DNA of 64,000 nucleotides from a virus, in the IMG/VR virus record IMGVR_UViG_3300046780_000427, positions 1 to 64,000 of that record. The stretch is one strand, 5' to 3'. Shown here in pieces: positions 29,474 to 38,603 of this stretch. The notes below the pieces were generated by a model. That model was not told the DNA's origin, made no database searches, and saw nothing but the letters and a program-made list of their open reading frames with translations. The first letter of the stretch is position 1, and each line of letters begins with the position of its first letter. A program made the translations under genes and the position numbers.

Positions 29474-29989
29474 ATGACCGCGGCCGCTTTCGCTACCGTG
29501 CTGGCGACCGGGAACCTGGGCACCGTTCTGACCATAGGCACCACTGTCCTGGTCGCGCTGCTCGCCGCCGGGTCCGCCATGGGCGGGTTCGCCGCGTTCA
29601 AGACCGGCCGCACCAACGCCATCGCCGCCTCCGCTGTTGCCAGGGCCAGCGAAGCTGAGGCGACGGCGAACACCTGGAAGGGGCGCCTGGAATCGGTACA
29701 GGCCGAGTTCGACGCCTACCGCACCAGCGCCGACCATGACCGGATGCGAGCTACCGAGGCACAGGCGATCTCTGATCATGAGATCGGCAAGCTGCGGGAC
29801 AAGGTGTCTACCCTGGAGGGCGTGGTGACCGCCCGGCATGAGCTGGCCGAGCTGGTGGGTGTGGTCTCCTCGATCGGTCAGACAGTCGCGTCGATGCTCA
29901 CCCAGATCCAGGCCGACCACAAGCAGCAGCACGACCAGCATCGGGAGATACTGGTCGCGCTAGGCGGGAGGCGTAACGGTGACGGATGA
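29474..29989 (+). CDS. membrane-anchored coiled-coil protein (lysis cassette)
   Basis: N-terminal TM segment followed by heptad repeats. Confidence 0.65.
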   Translation: MTAAAFATVLATGNLGTVLTIGTTVLVALLAAGSAMGGFAAFKTGRTNAIAASAVARASEAEATANTWKGRLESVQAEFDAYRTSADHDRMRATEAQAISDHEIGKLRDKVSTLEGVVTARHELAELVGVVSSIGQTVASMLTQIQADHKQQHDQHREILVALGGRRNGDG

Positions 29990-30380
29990 GTCGCTGACCG
30001 GCAGCCTCGCGGATCCGGAGCTGGCCAAGGCGCTGGCGTTGATGGTGGCCAGGTCCAGGCGGGTGCTGTTCGTGATCGTCGCCACCCAGGGGGTCCTGCT
30101 GATCCTGGCCCTGATCGGCCTAGGTGTGCTGGGGTCGGCGCTGATCCGGGCGGAGCACCGGATCGCTTTCGATGAGGCCACCACGGCCTCCGCGTTGTGC
30201 GACAGCCAGTTCACCATTGCCACGGCACCGTTGCCGCCGGGGGTGTCGAAGTTCGCCCTGGAGTTCGTGGAGGCGTCCCGGAAGGGGTTCGTGGTGCTGG
30301 ACTGCCCGGGGCAGATCGGCCCGCCGGGCAAAGCGCTCCAGGAGGCCGCGACCAAGTACGGGATCACCCTGCGGTACTGA
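29979..30380 (+). CDS. membrane protein (lysis cassette)
   Basis: One TM segment, two Cys. Confidence 0.6.
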   Translation: MTDESLTGSLADPELAKALALMVARSRRVLFVIVATQGVLLILALIGLGVLGSALIRAEHRIAFDEATTASALCDSQFTIATAPLPPGVSKFALEFVEASRKGFVVLDCPGQIGPPGKALQEAATKYGITLRY

Positions 30381-30649
30381 GGGGGAGGCCGCCAGGTCCG
30401 CTGACCAGGCGGAGATCATGCCGCCCCTTGCGGCCCATAGGCTGGCCGGTGCTCGGGGGATCTGCCTGGCGGCCTCCACGCCTGATGGTAACCCGGCGCG
30501 GCGGGACGTGGCTGCAGGCGGGCCTGTGCGGGCCTGTGCGCGATCGTAAAGCCGGGCCCATGCCCTGACTAGGGGCCGGTGATCCGCGGGGCGGTGGTGC
30601 AAGGGTGTGTTGACACGCGGGTGCCCTGGGAGGCCGCTAGGGTGTGGCA

Positions 30650-30737
30650 GTGCCCCAGGAGGCGCACGGACCTCCTGGGGCACGCTCAGACCCGCGTGGC
30701 CCCGGTGTCAGGTTCGACCCCGCCGGGGTCCACGCGG
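30650..30737. terminator. two tandem hairpins between convergent arms
   Basis: gtgccccaggagg/cctcctggggcac and ccgcgtgg-ccccgg/ccgggg-t-ccacgcgg. Confidence 0.5.
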
Positions 30738-30743
30738 AACCAC

Positions 30744-31313
30744 CTAGTAGTGCAGGCCGATCACTACGGCTGAGATGATCAGGGCGGCGCGCCAGGCCAG
30801 CTCCCCGAGGCCGCCGACCCGGCACCGCAACAGGCAGGGGAGGCCGTGGAACAGCCGCGGCCACGGCCACAGCAGCATCACCGGGTCCTCGTTGGCGAGG
30901 TCCAGGGCCAGGTGTGACCACCACCCGCACAGGACCGCACCGGCGGCCCAGAGCGGCCAGGCGGGCCACCAGGCCAGCGGGAGCACGGCGAGTGAGGCGA
31001 ACAGGGCACCGCCGGCGAGGGAGTGGCAGGGGCCCCTGCGGTGGGTGCCCCACCGGGACACCACCCACGCGACCCGGAACTTGACCGGGTGGGCTTTCCT
31101 GTTGGGCATGACCCGGACGGAGTACCAGGCGGCTTTGCGGCGGCGGGCCTTCTTGCGGCGGGACCAGGTGCCGAGGTTGTCGATGTCGGGGAGCGGGCCG
31201 GCCCAGGCGGCGATCGCCGCACCAGCGAACAGGACCACCGCAGCGGGCTGGGTGAGGGCGCACAGGGCGCCCCAGGCTGCTATGCCGCCGGCCATGTGGG
31301 TGGTGTGCTTCAT
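30744..31313 (-). CDS. membrane-bound metal-dependent hydrolase (YdjM/LexA-binding family)
   Basis: TH, LPDID, HRRGPCHSL, GWWSHLALD. Confidence 0.8.
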   Translation of the reverse strand: MKHTTHMAGGIAAWGALCALTQPAAVVLFAGAAIAAWAGPLPDIDNLGTWSRRKKARRRKAAWYSVRVMPNRKAHPVKFRVAWVVSRWGTHRRGPCHSLAGGALFASLAVLPLAWWPAWPLWAAGAVLCGWWSHLALDLANEDPVMLLWPWPRLFHGLPCLLRCRVGGLGELAWRAALIISAVVIGLHY

Positions 31314-31999
31314 GGCGCGGTCTCGATCCACCGGAACCACGGCGACCCGATCGCTGGTGCCGGGGTGTCCAGGAGCCCCTGGGTGAGGCGCAGGTTGCCG
31401 GCCTCCACCGAGTCGGCCCAGTCGTGCCGGTACTGGTAGAGGGGGCGGGGGATGCGGGCCTGCGTCCAGTCCTGCGGGTGGGCTTCGAGGACCTGCTTGC
31501 GCCAGGCCCGGTCCTCAGGCCACCCGCCGTCCAGGCGGCCGAGCCGGGCCACGTCGGCGCGGAGCGGCTGGACGACGGTGAGGTCCCGGTGCATCACCGC
31601 GCCGGTCTCATGCCACCCGCCGGTGATATCCAGGACGCACCCTTCCCACATGGTCGGCTTGCCGGCCTCGGTGTAGGTCACGTCGAAGGAGACGATCTCC
31701 GGCCGCTGGCTGATCATGGCCAGGGCTGCGGAGTACACGAACTCCGGTGCGGGCCAGTCGTCGTCGTCAAAGAACGACAGGTAGTCCCCGGTGGCCGCGT
31801 CCTGGAGGTCTTGGCGGTACTCCCCGAGGGGGAGGCCGCCCCAGTTGTAGAGGCCGACCAGCTCGACCGGCGGGGCATCCGGTGGTGTCACATCGTGCCA
31901 GTTCTGCACCTGGACGGTCAGCTCCCGGATCAGGGCAGTGAACCTGGACGCGCGGGAGGCGTGGGTGGCGATGAGGATCGACCACAGCGGCCGGGTCAC
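31310..31999 (-). CDS. glycosyltransferase family 2-like
   Basis: WSILIATH, ATGDYLSFFDDDD, PEDRAW, LYQYR. Confidence 0.8.
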   Translation of the reverse strand: MTRPLWSILIATHASRASRFTALIRELTVQVQNWHDVTPPDAPPVELVGLYNWGGLPLGEYRQDLQDAATGDYLSFFDDDDWPAPEFVYSAALAMISQRPEIVSFDVTYTEAGKPTMWEGCVLDITGGWHETGAVMHRDLTVVQPLRADVARLGRLDGGWPEDRAWRKQVLEAHPQDWTQARIPRPLYQYRHDWADSVEAGNLRLTQGLLDTPAPAIGSPWFRWIETAP

Positions 32000-32202
32000 T
32001 GGCCGTCCTGGCGGAACTCGAAGGACAGGCCCCCGACGGTCTCGCTGACGCCGATGACATGGATGGCATCGATCACCCTCGGCGGCGGGTCTAGCCGGTC
32101 AGCGAGTTTGCGAAGCGCGGCCGCAGTCCCCCACCTGGCAACCCGGCAGGTGTCGGTGAGGGTCTGCCAGCAGGCGGCGGCGAGGGCGGTGATCAGGTCC
32201 AT
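31996..32202 (-). CDS. hypothetical protein
   Basis: Operonic overlaps on both sides. Confidence 0.55.
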   Translation of the reverse strand: MDLITALAAACWQTLTDTCRVARWGTAAALRKLADRLDPPPRVIDAIHVIGVSETVGGLSFEFRQDGQ

Positions 32203-32774
32203 ATGATCCCCAGGCCATAGAACCCGGGCCCGGACTGCCGGTTGCGCCAGGCGTGCCCGGTGCGCTCACAGTAGGTGTCCAGGGCCTCAGCGACCGGCCC
32301 GCCCGGCGCGGGCAGGGACACGTCGCCTTCGTCCCACTGGGTGTCGTGGCAGGCGATCAGCCCGCCACGACGCATCCTCGGCCCGTAGCAGGCCAGCTCT
32401 TTGAGGGTCTGTTCGTAGGCATGGCTGGTGTCGATGAACAACAGGTCGATGGACGGTGGCACGAACGCCTGCGCCTGGGCGGACACCGAGTCGCATTGGG
32501 CGAACGACCAGGCGGGATCGGAATGCCAGGCCAGCGGCACGTCGGGCGGGTTGGTGTCCACCGACCACAGGTGCCCGTGGGAGAGGCCCGCGCCGGCGAG
32601 CAGCGCGGCGGTGCTGTTCCCGGCGCGCACCCCCAGCTCGACCAGGAACCTGCGGCGGGTTGCCTGGGTGAGGAGGTAGGGCAGGTGGTCCTGGATGTCA
32701 GACCATTCGGCGAGGCGGGCCAGGTAGGCGTGCTCGCGGCCGCGTTGCAGGTCGGTGCAGGCGTGGGCGGTCAT
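32193..32774 (-). CDS. class I SAM methyltransferase (Methyltransf_24-like)
   Basis: VELGVRAGNST, WSVD, IDLLFIDTSHAYE, GGLIACHD. Confidence 0.85.
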   Translation of the reverse strand: MTAHACTDLQRGREHAYLARLAEWSDIQDHLPYLLTQATRRRFLVELGVRAGNSTAALLAGAGLSHGHLWSVDTNPPDVPLAWHSDPAWSFAQCDSVSAQAQAFVPPSIDLLFIDTSHAYEQTLKELACYGPRMRRGGLIACHDTQWDEGDVSLPAPGGPVAEALDTYCERTGHAWRNRQSGPGFYGLGIIWT

Positions 32775-33541
32775 CGGATCTCCTTGATTTTGTTCGCTGC
32801 GTGGGCGGGGCCGCCGGAGTCGGCCCAGTCCCGGTAGCGGTAGAACTCGGCGCCGGTCAGGCCGGCGTGTGCCGCGTCGTCATAGGTGGCGTCCCGTTCG
32901 ACGCCGAGGCCGGCGGCCCAGTGCAGGTGCTCGACGGTGACTTCCGGCCGGTAGTGCAGGCAGGCGGCGGCGGTGCCGATGTCGGCCCACACGTTGTCGA
33001 TCCAGTAATGGTCTAGACCGGGCAGGGCCATCCACCCGAGAGCGGCGGGGATAGACGCGGACATGACCGGGGCGGTGGGCAGGTTCTCACCCTGCACGCG
33101 GTCATCGCCGTAGGCGATCCCCGGCCGGCCGGTGGCCTCAATCGCGGCGATCAACTGCGTGTCCCAGCCGGCGGTGACGGGCAGGTGGTCATCCCCGAGG
33201 GACGCCAGGTACCGGGCCTGGAAACGGTAGATCCCGTCGCCTTCGGCCAGCTCGGCGGCGATGGTGTTGGTCCACCAGCCCAGCCCCCGGCGGACAGGGG
33301 AGACCTGCCTGAGGACCCGTTCGGCCAGGAACGGCATCATGGCCGCATCCTGGTCAGTGAACGGCGGGTCGAGCAGCGTCAGGTAGTCACCTAGGGCAGG
33401 GTCATCGGCATCCAGGCCGACGACCAGGCAGGTGTTCCCGGCGCAGGTTGCCTGGAGGGCGGTGATGAGCCGGGCCAGGCTGGCGGGGCGGCCACGGGTC
33501 GGGGTGATGATGGCAAGGTCCCATGGGTCGGGGCTGGTCAC
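32771..33541 (-). CDS. glycosyltransferase family 2-like
   Basis: IITPTRGRP, LDADDP, LGDDHLP, HYWIDN, VEHLH. Confidence 0.85.
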   Translation of the reverse strand: MTSPDPWDLAIITPTRGRPASLARLITALQATCAGNTCLVVGLDADDPALGDYLTLLDPPFTDQDAAMMPFLAERVLRQVSPVRRGLGWWTNTIAAELAEGDGIYRFQARYLASLGDDHLPVTAGWDTQLIAAIEATGRPGIAYGDDRVQGENLPTAPVMSASIPAALGWMALPGLDHYWIDNVWADIGTAAACLHYRPEVTVEHLHWAAGLGVERDATYDDAAHAGLTGAEFYRYRDWADSGGPAHAANKIKEIR

Positions 33542-33563
33542 TGGTGCTCCTCAGGGTTGGTGT

Positions 33564-33598
33564 GGTGGTCCCCTGCCGCTGCCCGGCAGGGGACCACC
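33564..33598. terminator. 15-bp stem hairpin
   Basis: ggtggtcccctgccg ctgcc cggcaggggaccacc. Confidence 0.55.
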
Positions 33599-33604
33599 GG
33601 CCTG

Positions 33605-34120
33605 TCACTCCTCCGCAGTAGCGGAGCCGGGGACGGTGACAGGTTCACCCACCGGCACAGGCGGGGGCAGTTGCTCCCGCCAGTCCGGGCCCAGGATGGC
33701 TTCAAGGATGCCGGCGGCGACGGCGGCTGAGGCGTGGCAGGCATCGGTGAACCCGCCTGCGCTGGCCACGGTCCCGGAGGCGGGGTTCTCCGCGAACCCC
33801 GGGTTGGCGGGGTTGCCCGAGGGGAGGATGACCGCCCGCGCGGCCCAGGCGGCATCCATGCCGGTGTCGGCGGTGATGTCCCACCGCCACCCGCGCTGGA
33901 CGCAGACCCGGTCCAGGGCATCGATCGCGGTGCCCTCATCAGGGTCGGTGGGGTGGAGCAGGCCGGCGACGTAGGCGACGGCCAGGGAATGCCACACCCC
34001 CAGCGCGGCCGCTTCGGCGTCGGTGAGGACCCGGCCGGCCAGGGGCCGGGTGCCTCCGGGTTCCAGGGTCACCCCGGCACGGGCGACCTCCTCACAGGTC
34101 GGCGGGACCGGCGTGGTCAC
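33605..34120 (-). CDS. hypothetical protein
   Basis: GTG start overlapping the parB stop. Confidence 0.55.
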   Translation of the reverse strand: MTTPVPPTCEEVARAGVTLEPGGTRPLAGRVLTDAEAAALGVWHSLAVAYVAGLLHPTDPDEGTAIDALDRVCVQRGWRWDITADTGMDAAWAARAVILPSGNPANPGFAENPASGTVASAGGFTDACHASAAVAAGILEAILGPDWREQLPPPVPVGEPVTVPGSATAEE

Positions 34121-35577
34121 TTCTCCTCCGGCTGCACGGACGCGGCGATCATGCCCTGCTCCGCTTCGGACAGGACATACCCCAGTGACCCGAGCCAGGA
34201 CAGGTAGGCCCCCGTCGCCTTGTAACCCCGGGGCTTGCGCCACGCCTCGTCGTCGCAGGCCAGCTCCGCTGCGCCGAGGATCAGGCCGACGAACACGACC
34301 TGCGCCCGTTTCGGGCTGGCCTTGCCCATCACCGCCTCGACCAGGTTCGCCTGCCCGGCCAGGCGGCCGTTGTAGTCGGGCTCCTCACCCTTGATGCCGA
34401 GGAGCAGTTTCCCGGTGGCGTGGTTGCGCTCCAGCTCCCGGCGCAGACCGTGGAATCCCGCCATCACGAACATCGACAGGGCGGCGTGGAGCACGTCCGC
34501 GGGGACTGACCCGCGGGTGAGCCAGTCGGTGAGCCACTTGCGGCGCACCTCCCGCGCGGCCCGCCAGGCCCGGTTGCCGTCGATGACCTTCTTCCGCTCG
34601 GCCATCTCCCCGTCTGACATCGGCCCCGGCTGACGGGCGGTGGACCCGCCGTACCGGGACTTGTGCCCGCGCTTCTCCGGGTCGGTGCAGTAGGCCATCG
34701 CCTCCGCCTCACCTGAGGAGCGGTAGGACTCATGCACCCACGCGGCCCTGCCGGGGCAGCCGCCCTTGTCCTCCGGGGCCTGGTGGGCCTCCTCGGCCAG
34801 GGCGGTGCCGCCAGCGTCCATGAGACCGTGCAACCAGTTGCGGTGGCCGGGGTGCTCATCGGGGACGTCGATGCCCTCAGCGCGCAGCTTGGCGGTGAGT
34901 TTGGCCGCGGCACGCAGGTAGGCCATCTGCTGCTGCTGCTCGGCCAGGGCATGGTCGAACTGTTCCGGCTCCTCAGCCAGGACCTCCTCCAAGACGGCCA
35001 GGGCCTCCGGGAACTCCTCCACTGAGGCGAGGCCGGCGGCCTGGAGGAGTGTCAAGCCGTGGTTGACAGTCGCGGCCTGCGCCCGGTCGGACTTGACCAC
35101 GACACCCGCCGCCCGGACGATCGCCCTATCGACGCCGAGGGCCTTCGCGGTGGTGGCCTCGGTCATGTCGGGGAGGTCCAGGGTCGCCTGGATGGCGACG
35201 GCCCGGTCCCGTGCGGTCAGGCCCGCGCGGTGCTCGTTCTCATCCCACCTGCGGAGCACGTCATCCAGCTCCTCCGGTGTGGCGTCCTGTTCACGGGCGA
35301 CGATGAATACCGGCACCGCGTAGGCCGCCTTGGCGGCGGCGGCGCGGCGGCGGAACCCGATCCGCAACCGGACCTGCCCGTCTGGGGTGATGGTGCCGAT
35401 GCACGGGGTGGAGATCCCGTCCCGTTTCACCGAGGCCAGGAACCCGGGGGTCAGGTGCAGGGACGTGCGGTGGTTCGGCCCGTCGAGCAGGAGCGCGGGG
35501 TCTACCCACACCAGGTCCCCCGCGCCGGCGGCGGCGGCATCCTGGGTGCCGGTGGCCTGGTCGATTGTGCGGATCAT
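34117..35577 (-). CDS. parB: ParB/RepB/Spo0J family protein
   Basis: VDPALL..NHR, SVKRDGISTP, IGFRR (GxRR), ENEHRAGLT, HTH TAKALGVDRAIV; long C-terminal region of ICE/plasmid type. Confidence 0.8.
   Translation of the reverse strand: MIRTIDQATGTQDAAAAGAGDLVWVDPALLLDGPNHRTSLHLTPGFLASVKRDGISTPCIGTITPDGQVRLRIGFRRRAAAAKAAYAVPVFIVAREQDATPEELDDVLRRWDENEHRAGLTARDRAVAIQATLDLPDMTEATTAKALGVDRAIVRAAGVVVKSDRAQAATVNHGLTLLQAAGLASVEEFPEALAVLEEVLAEEPEQFDHALAEQQQQMAYLRAAAKLTAKLRAEGIDVPDEHPGHRNWLHGLMDAGGTALAEEAHQAPEDKGGCPGRAAWVHESYRSSGEAEAMAYCTDPEKRGHKSRYGGSTARQPGPMSDGEMAERKKVIDGNRAWRAAREVRRKWLTDWLTRGSVPADVLHAALSMFVMAGFHGLRRELERNHATGKLLLGIKGEEPDYNGRLAGQANLVEAVMGKASPKRAQVVFVGLILGAAELACDDEAWRKPRGYKATGAYLSWLGSLGYVLSEAEQGMIAASVQPEEK
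35050..35068. promoter_or_regulatory. TGTCAA-N7-TTGACA palindrome, copy 4 (inside parB)
   Basis: tgtcaa gccgtgg ttgaca. Confidence 0.85.
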
Positions 35578-35861
35578 GAGTGCTCCCCTTTCGCGTGATG
35601 CTTGCCGGGTGGGGAGGCCAGCACGGCGGCGGCCTGCTGCACGGACTGGCAGGCGCCTATAAGCATCGCCTTGCCGAATGATGCGTTGCCCGGCGGGATC
35701 CAGCCGACCACGGAGCCGATGATCCGGCCCTCCGCGCTGTCGCCGGCAGCTTCGGTGCGGGCGGTGACTTCTACGACGATGAGGGTCTGCGGCAGCAGGC
35801 CCGCCTCATCACCGGGGCTGAGCGCGTCCCCATCGGGGCGGCGCAGGTACATGGGTGTCAT
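35574..35861 (-). CDS. hypothetical protein
   Basis: GGAGAGAGAG RBS; operonic. Confidence 0.6.
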   Translation of the reverse strand: MTPMYLRRPDGDALSPGDEAGLLPQTLIVVEVTARTEAAGDSAEGRIIGSVVGWIPPGNASFGKAMLIGACQSVQQAAAVLASPPGKHHAKGEHS

Positions 35862-36115
35862 GTTCTCTCTCTCCGTCGTGTGGTGACTGGGCCTCCTCGG
35901 GCCCGGGTGGCTGGGATGTACTTGGTAGCGACCTCCTCGCGGTAGCGTTCACGTTCACCGGGCAGCCGTAGCGGGTCGCACCAGGCGGCCATCGCGGCGA
36001 TGTACTCGGCGCGGTCAGTGACCCCGGCCTCAGTGGCGAGGGCCTGCACAGCGGTCTTGACCTCCTCAGGCAGGCCGATGATCGTCTGCACTACACCGGG
36101 GCGGGGCTTACCCAC
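35858..36115 (-). CDS. putative ribbon-helix-helix DNA-binding protein
   Basis: VQTIIGLPEEVKTAVQALATEAGVTDRAEYI fits a strand-helix-Gly-helix pattern. Confidence 0.5.
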   Translation of the reverse strand: MGKPRPGVVQTIIGLPEEVKTAVQALATEAGVTDRAEYIAAMAAWCDPLRLPGERERYREEVATKYIPATRARGGPVTTRRRERT

Positions 36116-36662
36116 GGGGGATCACTGGCACAGGTGCCTGCGCGATGTCCTCCCGGACCCCGGCGATCACCTGGGCGACGGTCTCGGCGGCCAGGTCCCG
36201 GAACTGCTGGGTCACGGCGGTGGCGATCACCGCGGCGACCACACTGGACGGGGCGCCGCGGGTCATGGCTATCCCGGTGGTGTGGTGGAGCTGCCGGGTG
36301 ATCTCCTGATCGATCAGCTCGGCCAAGGTCAGCTCCTTCCCGGTTGCCAGGCCGGCCGGGTGGCAGCCGAGGGCGGCGATCTTGTCCCGGACGTGGTGCC
36401 GGATCTCCTCCTCAGTGATCTGCGAGGCGCGGGCAGACAGCTCGGCCTCGATGGCGGGCATCGCCCGGTCCAGCAGGGTGGACACGATCAGGTCCGCCAG
36501 GGTGACCGGCAGGCCCCGGCAGGAGGAGTCGTGGTCTTCGGCGTCCACATGGTCCAGGTCAATGCACGCCTCCCCGAGGTGGTAGACGGGTGTGGCGAGG
36601 GTCAGGTCCTCGGCGGTGATGGTGGCTTTCACGGTCATGGGAGGTCCTTCCGGGTTGGTCAT
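36108..36662 (-). CDS. hypothetical protein
   Basis: Operonic ORF. Confidence 0.6.
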   Translation of the reverse strand: MTNPEGPPMTVKATITAEDLTLATPVYHLGEACIDLDHVDAEDHDSSCRGLPVTLADLIVSTLLDRAMPAIEAELSARASQITEEEIRHHVRDKIAALGCHPAGLATGKELTLAELIDQEITRQLHHTTGIAMTRGAPSSVVAAVIATAVTQQFRDLAAETVAQVIAGVREDIAQAPVPVIPRG

Positions 36663-37039
36663 TCGGGATTCAGCCCCTCGGGGGGCACGGTCAGGCCGGT
36701 CACAGGTGACAGGCGCCCGTCATCATCAGGCAGGAACCAGCCGATGCGGGCCGGCAGCGGGCCGAGGGCAGGCTGCCAGTACAGCACCGGCACGGACAGG
36801 GTGGCGGCCCTGGTGCCGTGCCGGGTGACGATGTATCCGAGGTCCCGGGCCAGGCGGGCGAACTGGTGGGTGAGGCCGTGGCAACCCGGCGGAACGTTCC
36901 CGGTGCCGCAGAACAGCAGCCGGTTCGACAGCCGGTTGTCAGCCCGGTTGCCGAGGATGCGATGATGCCCGGCGAACGGCCCTGCCATGGTTCCGCAGGC
37001 AACGCACCGCCTGTCGCGGGCGATCAGATCACCGTCCAC
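36659..37039 (-). CDS. HNH endonuclease-like protein
   Basis: RDRRCVACG, HHR, N.LLFCG, GCHGLTH. Confidence 0.75.
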   Translation of the reverse strand: MDGDLIARDRRCVACGTMAGPFAGHHRILGNRADNRLSNRLLFCGTGNVPPGCHGLTHQFARLARDLGYIVTRHGTRAATLSVPVLYWQPALGPLPARIGWFLPDDDGRLSPVTGLTVPPEGLNPE

Positions 37040-37307
37040 CGGGGGCCTCCGGGGTCGCGTCGATGATCAGGTCACGGAAGGCGTTGAGGTCGGCCAGCCT
37101 GTCGGCGGGGATAATCAGCCGGATCACGTCCGGAGAGCCGACCCCGGCGAGGTACTGCATGATCATGCCGTCATCCCCGACGACGGTCGCGGCCAGGGAC
37201 GTGACCCGGCCATCGGGGATGGCCTGGCGGATCATGTCCGCGAGCATCCCGAGGGCCACGGTCCTAGCTACCTCAGCCTTCGCCTTGGTGATCGGTTGGT
37301 CTACCAC
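37029..37307 (-). CDS. hypothetical protein
   Basis: GTG after GAGGGG. Confidence 0.55.
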   Translation of the reverse strand: MVDQPITKAKAEVARTVALGMLADMIRQAIPDGRVTSLAATVVGDDGMIMQYLAGVGSPDVIRLIIPADRLADLNAFRDLIIDATPEAPGGR

Positions 37308-37317
37308 AGGTGTCCCC

Positions 37318-38001
37318 TCAGAACTTCTGGCAGGTGCCGGTGTGCTCGGCATGGCGGGCCCGGCCGGGACCGGGGTCCTCACCTTCGGTGAGTTCCCGGG
37401 AGTGCCAGGTCCCGTCCGGGGCGGCCCAGACCTCGACCAGGCCGGCCGGGTCGGGGGCAGGGAGGACCGGGACCTCTATCCCGGCACCGCCGGTGATCCC
37501 GTTCGCGGCCTTGAATGCTTCTGCCTGGGCGGGGTCCAGGTCGGTGGCCAGGACCGGGGTGCCGCATTTACACACCCGCCGGGGGCACGGGCACGTCGGC
37601 CTGGTACCGCAGACAATCCCGCTGGTCCCGTCGCCGGTGGTGAACGGGACACACCCGGAGGGTCCTTTGGCCCGGCACCGGCCTTTGTGGGCCCGGTGCC
37701 TGCAGGAGCACTTGGCAGCAGGGGCCTTGCGGGCCCGGAACGCATCAGCGTCGGGGCAGTCCGCGAAGTGGGACTTGCCGCGGTGCTCGGCCGGGCGCAG
37801 GGCCTCCAGCGGGCCGAGGACCCGGTAACGCAGGTTCGACAGCCCGTCATACCAGACGGCCAGGTTCCCCTCATGCGTGCACGCATCCCCGGCGCCGGGG
37901 CACGGTGCGGGCCTGGTGACCGGCATGGCCGTCCCGCCGCTCACGGGGCGGGCGTCGTCAATCCATGCCCGACACCTGGGACCCGAGCACCGTCTAGGCA
38001 T
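37318..38001 (-). CDS. Cys/His-rich hypothetical protein
   Basis: SHFADCPDA, CSCRH, CPC, EHTGTC. Confidence 0.6.
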   Translation of the reverse strand: MPRRCSGPRCRAWIDDARPVSGGTAMPVTRPAPCPGAGDACTHEGNLAVWYDGLSNLRYRVLGPLEALRPAEHRGKSHFADCPDADAFRARKAPAAKCSCRHRAHKGRCRAKGPSGCVPFTTGDGTSGIVCGTRPTCPCPRRVCKCGTPVLATDLDPAQAEAFKAANGITGGAGIEVPVLPAPDPAGLVEVWAAPDGTWHSRELTEGEDPGPGRARHAEHTGTCQKF

Positions 38002-38257
38002 GGCCGTCCCCGGGCTGGTCGAGTTCGCCAGCCTTGATCGCTCCTGTCAGCGCCGCCCAGTCCTGCACTGAGCAGGCCAGGCCCCGGATCCACCCGTGGT
38101 CGGTGTTGACCTGGATCATGGAGGTCTCGCCGCCGTGCGGGCCGGGGATGCCGATGATGACCGCCTGGTGCTCATGCCCAGGGTGCGGGGTTTCGGTGGG
38201 CAGGAGGACCAGGAACGGCCCCGCCATCACCTGCCGCACCGGGCGGCCGTCAGCCAT
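37994..38257 (-). CDS. hypothetical protein with DUF397-like C-terminus
   Basis: DWAALTGAIKAGELD. Confidence 0.45.
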   Translation of the reverse strand: MADGRPVRQVMAGPFLVLLPTETPHPGHEHQAVIIGIPGPHGGETSMIQVNTDHGWIRGLACSVQDWAALTGAIKAGELDQPGDGHA

Positions 38258-38603
38258 GGCCGGCGGGGATCAGGGTGTCATCGGTGACAGGCCACGGTCC
38301 CGGTTTGGCCCCGTGGCCCCAGGCCAGGACCTCCGGCAGGGACCAGGACCCGGGCAGGGACGTGGACTCGACGTGGTCACAGTTCGTGCACCGCCACAGG
38401 ATCTCCGTCGCCTTCGGCACCGCCCCCATGGCGGTGGCGAACGAGTCCGCCTTGGACACTGCGACGGCCATCAGGTCGTCGTGGCCGCAGTCAGCGGGAT
38501 GCCACCTGTTGAACGCCCAGATGACGCCCATGAGGCCGGCGCACGCTACGAGCTGCGCGGCGAGGAGCCAGGCGAGCAGCCCGGTCACAGGGTCATGAAG
38601 CAT
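38250..38603 (-). CDS. membrane-anchored Zn-ribbon hypothetical protein
   Basis: TM segment followed by CGHD...RCTNCDH. Confidence 0.55.
   Translation of the reverse strand: MLHDPVTGLLAWLLAAQLVACAGLMGVIWAFNRWHPADCGHDDLMAVAVSKADSFATAMGAVPKATEILWRCTNCDHVESTSLPGSWSLPEVLAWGHGAKPGPWPVTDDTLIPAGHG

Noticed and set aside
30668-30742. tRNA gene suggested by GGTTCGA and a downstream CCA
   Set aside because: The T-stem does not pair, there is no proper anticodon arm and the length is too short
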